NCBI GenBank assembly: GCA_043228905.1
Contig: JBHGNT010000008.1
Coordinates: 17,856,001 to 17,920,000, forward strand
Reading direction: 5' to 3'
DNA: 64,000 nt
Source: Azolla caroliniana
Taxonomy: Eukaryota; Plantae; Polypodiophyta
Both the position numbers and the translations under genes were made by a program. Positions 63,101 to 64,000 of the stretch are shown here, in pieces (the first letter of the stretch is position 1; every line of letters begins with the position of its first letter). The notes under the pieces were generated by a model that was not told where the DNA came from, made no database searches, and saw only the letters and a list, made by a program, of their open reading frames with translations.

Positions 63101-64000
63101 GTCTAAGAAAAGAAATAGGAGTAGTGTTTTAACTTTGATTATGTGCTCTAGGCTATGCGATATGCGATTGCAGAGATTTAGAGAGAGGTTGGAAGAGTTA
63201 GTGTGATTAAAGAGAGAGTAGGTATATGTGTTGGTTGGATAGAGCTCCTGTCCTATATATTATATATAGACAGACAAGACACTCACTCTGTGTGTGTGTG
63301 TCGTGCCGTCTACGCTGTAGACCAACGGCCACGCGCTGTTGATTTTTGGGTAAAGGATGAGGATGTACCAAACGTCGCGAGATGATGAAGAAAAAGTAAA
63401 AGGGATGGCGAAGGAAAAAGTAAAAGCAAAATTGGGGAGGAAAAGGAAACGAATTGAGCGAGTTCTTTATCATGGAAGAAGGAAGACGACATCTTCTCTC
63501 TTTTTTCTTCATGACGTCATAGTGTGACTCTTGACTTTGATTCTAGATTAATACCGTAGAGTTTCTAGTATGTATGTATCCGAGAGAGAGGGGAGGGGGT
63601 CGCCACTATAAACACGTTGATACTACCCAAAATTCTATACGCTGTTGGTTTTGAAATCTTATTATCCCACCAAACACGTTCTATTGCATCAACGATCACA
63701 CCCCACATGTAAGACGAGAAACTCTCACCAATTATTTTCTTCCATGTGTAGTTGCAATTATGGATGTGTCCTTTATAATGATTTGGAGCACAACGTATAT
63801 TCTCATATGGCATTGGACTATACATCGATAAATTGTCATATGTGTATTATGAGTTGCAAGCTTATGATGGTAGCTTGTTAAACGACACATGATTGATTGA
63901 TTCACACTCAATTAATAACCATTCACCTCTACCCATGTGCTCGTTGTCACAGATAATTATAATCCTTTTGCGAAGAATGGAGTTGCTTCAAGATACATAT

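Overview
Eukaryotic plant DNA, most likely a seed-free land plant such as a fern (inferred from Tcn1-like self-priming chromoviruses, tRNA-Trp-primed Gypsy elements and an RTEX-like LINE). About 85-90% of the window (by eye) is nested, decayed transposons. The only intact host genes are two intronless germin-like protein (cupin) genes (39921-40658 and 62369-63100, minus strand), which lie in a duplicated block. Resolved nests: (i) an RTEX-like LINE inside a Gypsy LTR inside another Gypsy pol; (ii) an L1 LINE (12228-33417) split by two Tcn1-like chromovirus insertions that carry further insertions; (iii) a full-length short-LTR Copia with a GTGTA TSD; (iv) a decayed DNA-transposon-like pair of divergent genes (ParB/Srx-like domain and DGMDQ-motif transposase); (v) several Copia and Gypsy remnants. 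Main unusual observations: tRNA-like A-box/B-box modules sit antisense in the U3 of five Gypsy LTR families. Trp-primed Gypsy elements all insert at CG-centred 4-bp targets. An intron-containing SPL (SBP-box) gene fragment, not shown by the ORF track, is captured inside a Copia. One LTR has an inversion breakpoint exactly at the self-priming complementarity. All calls are by eye, with no database search.
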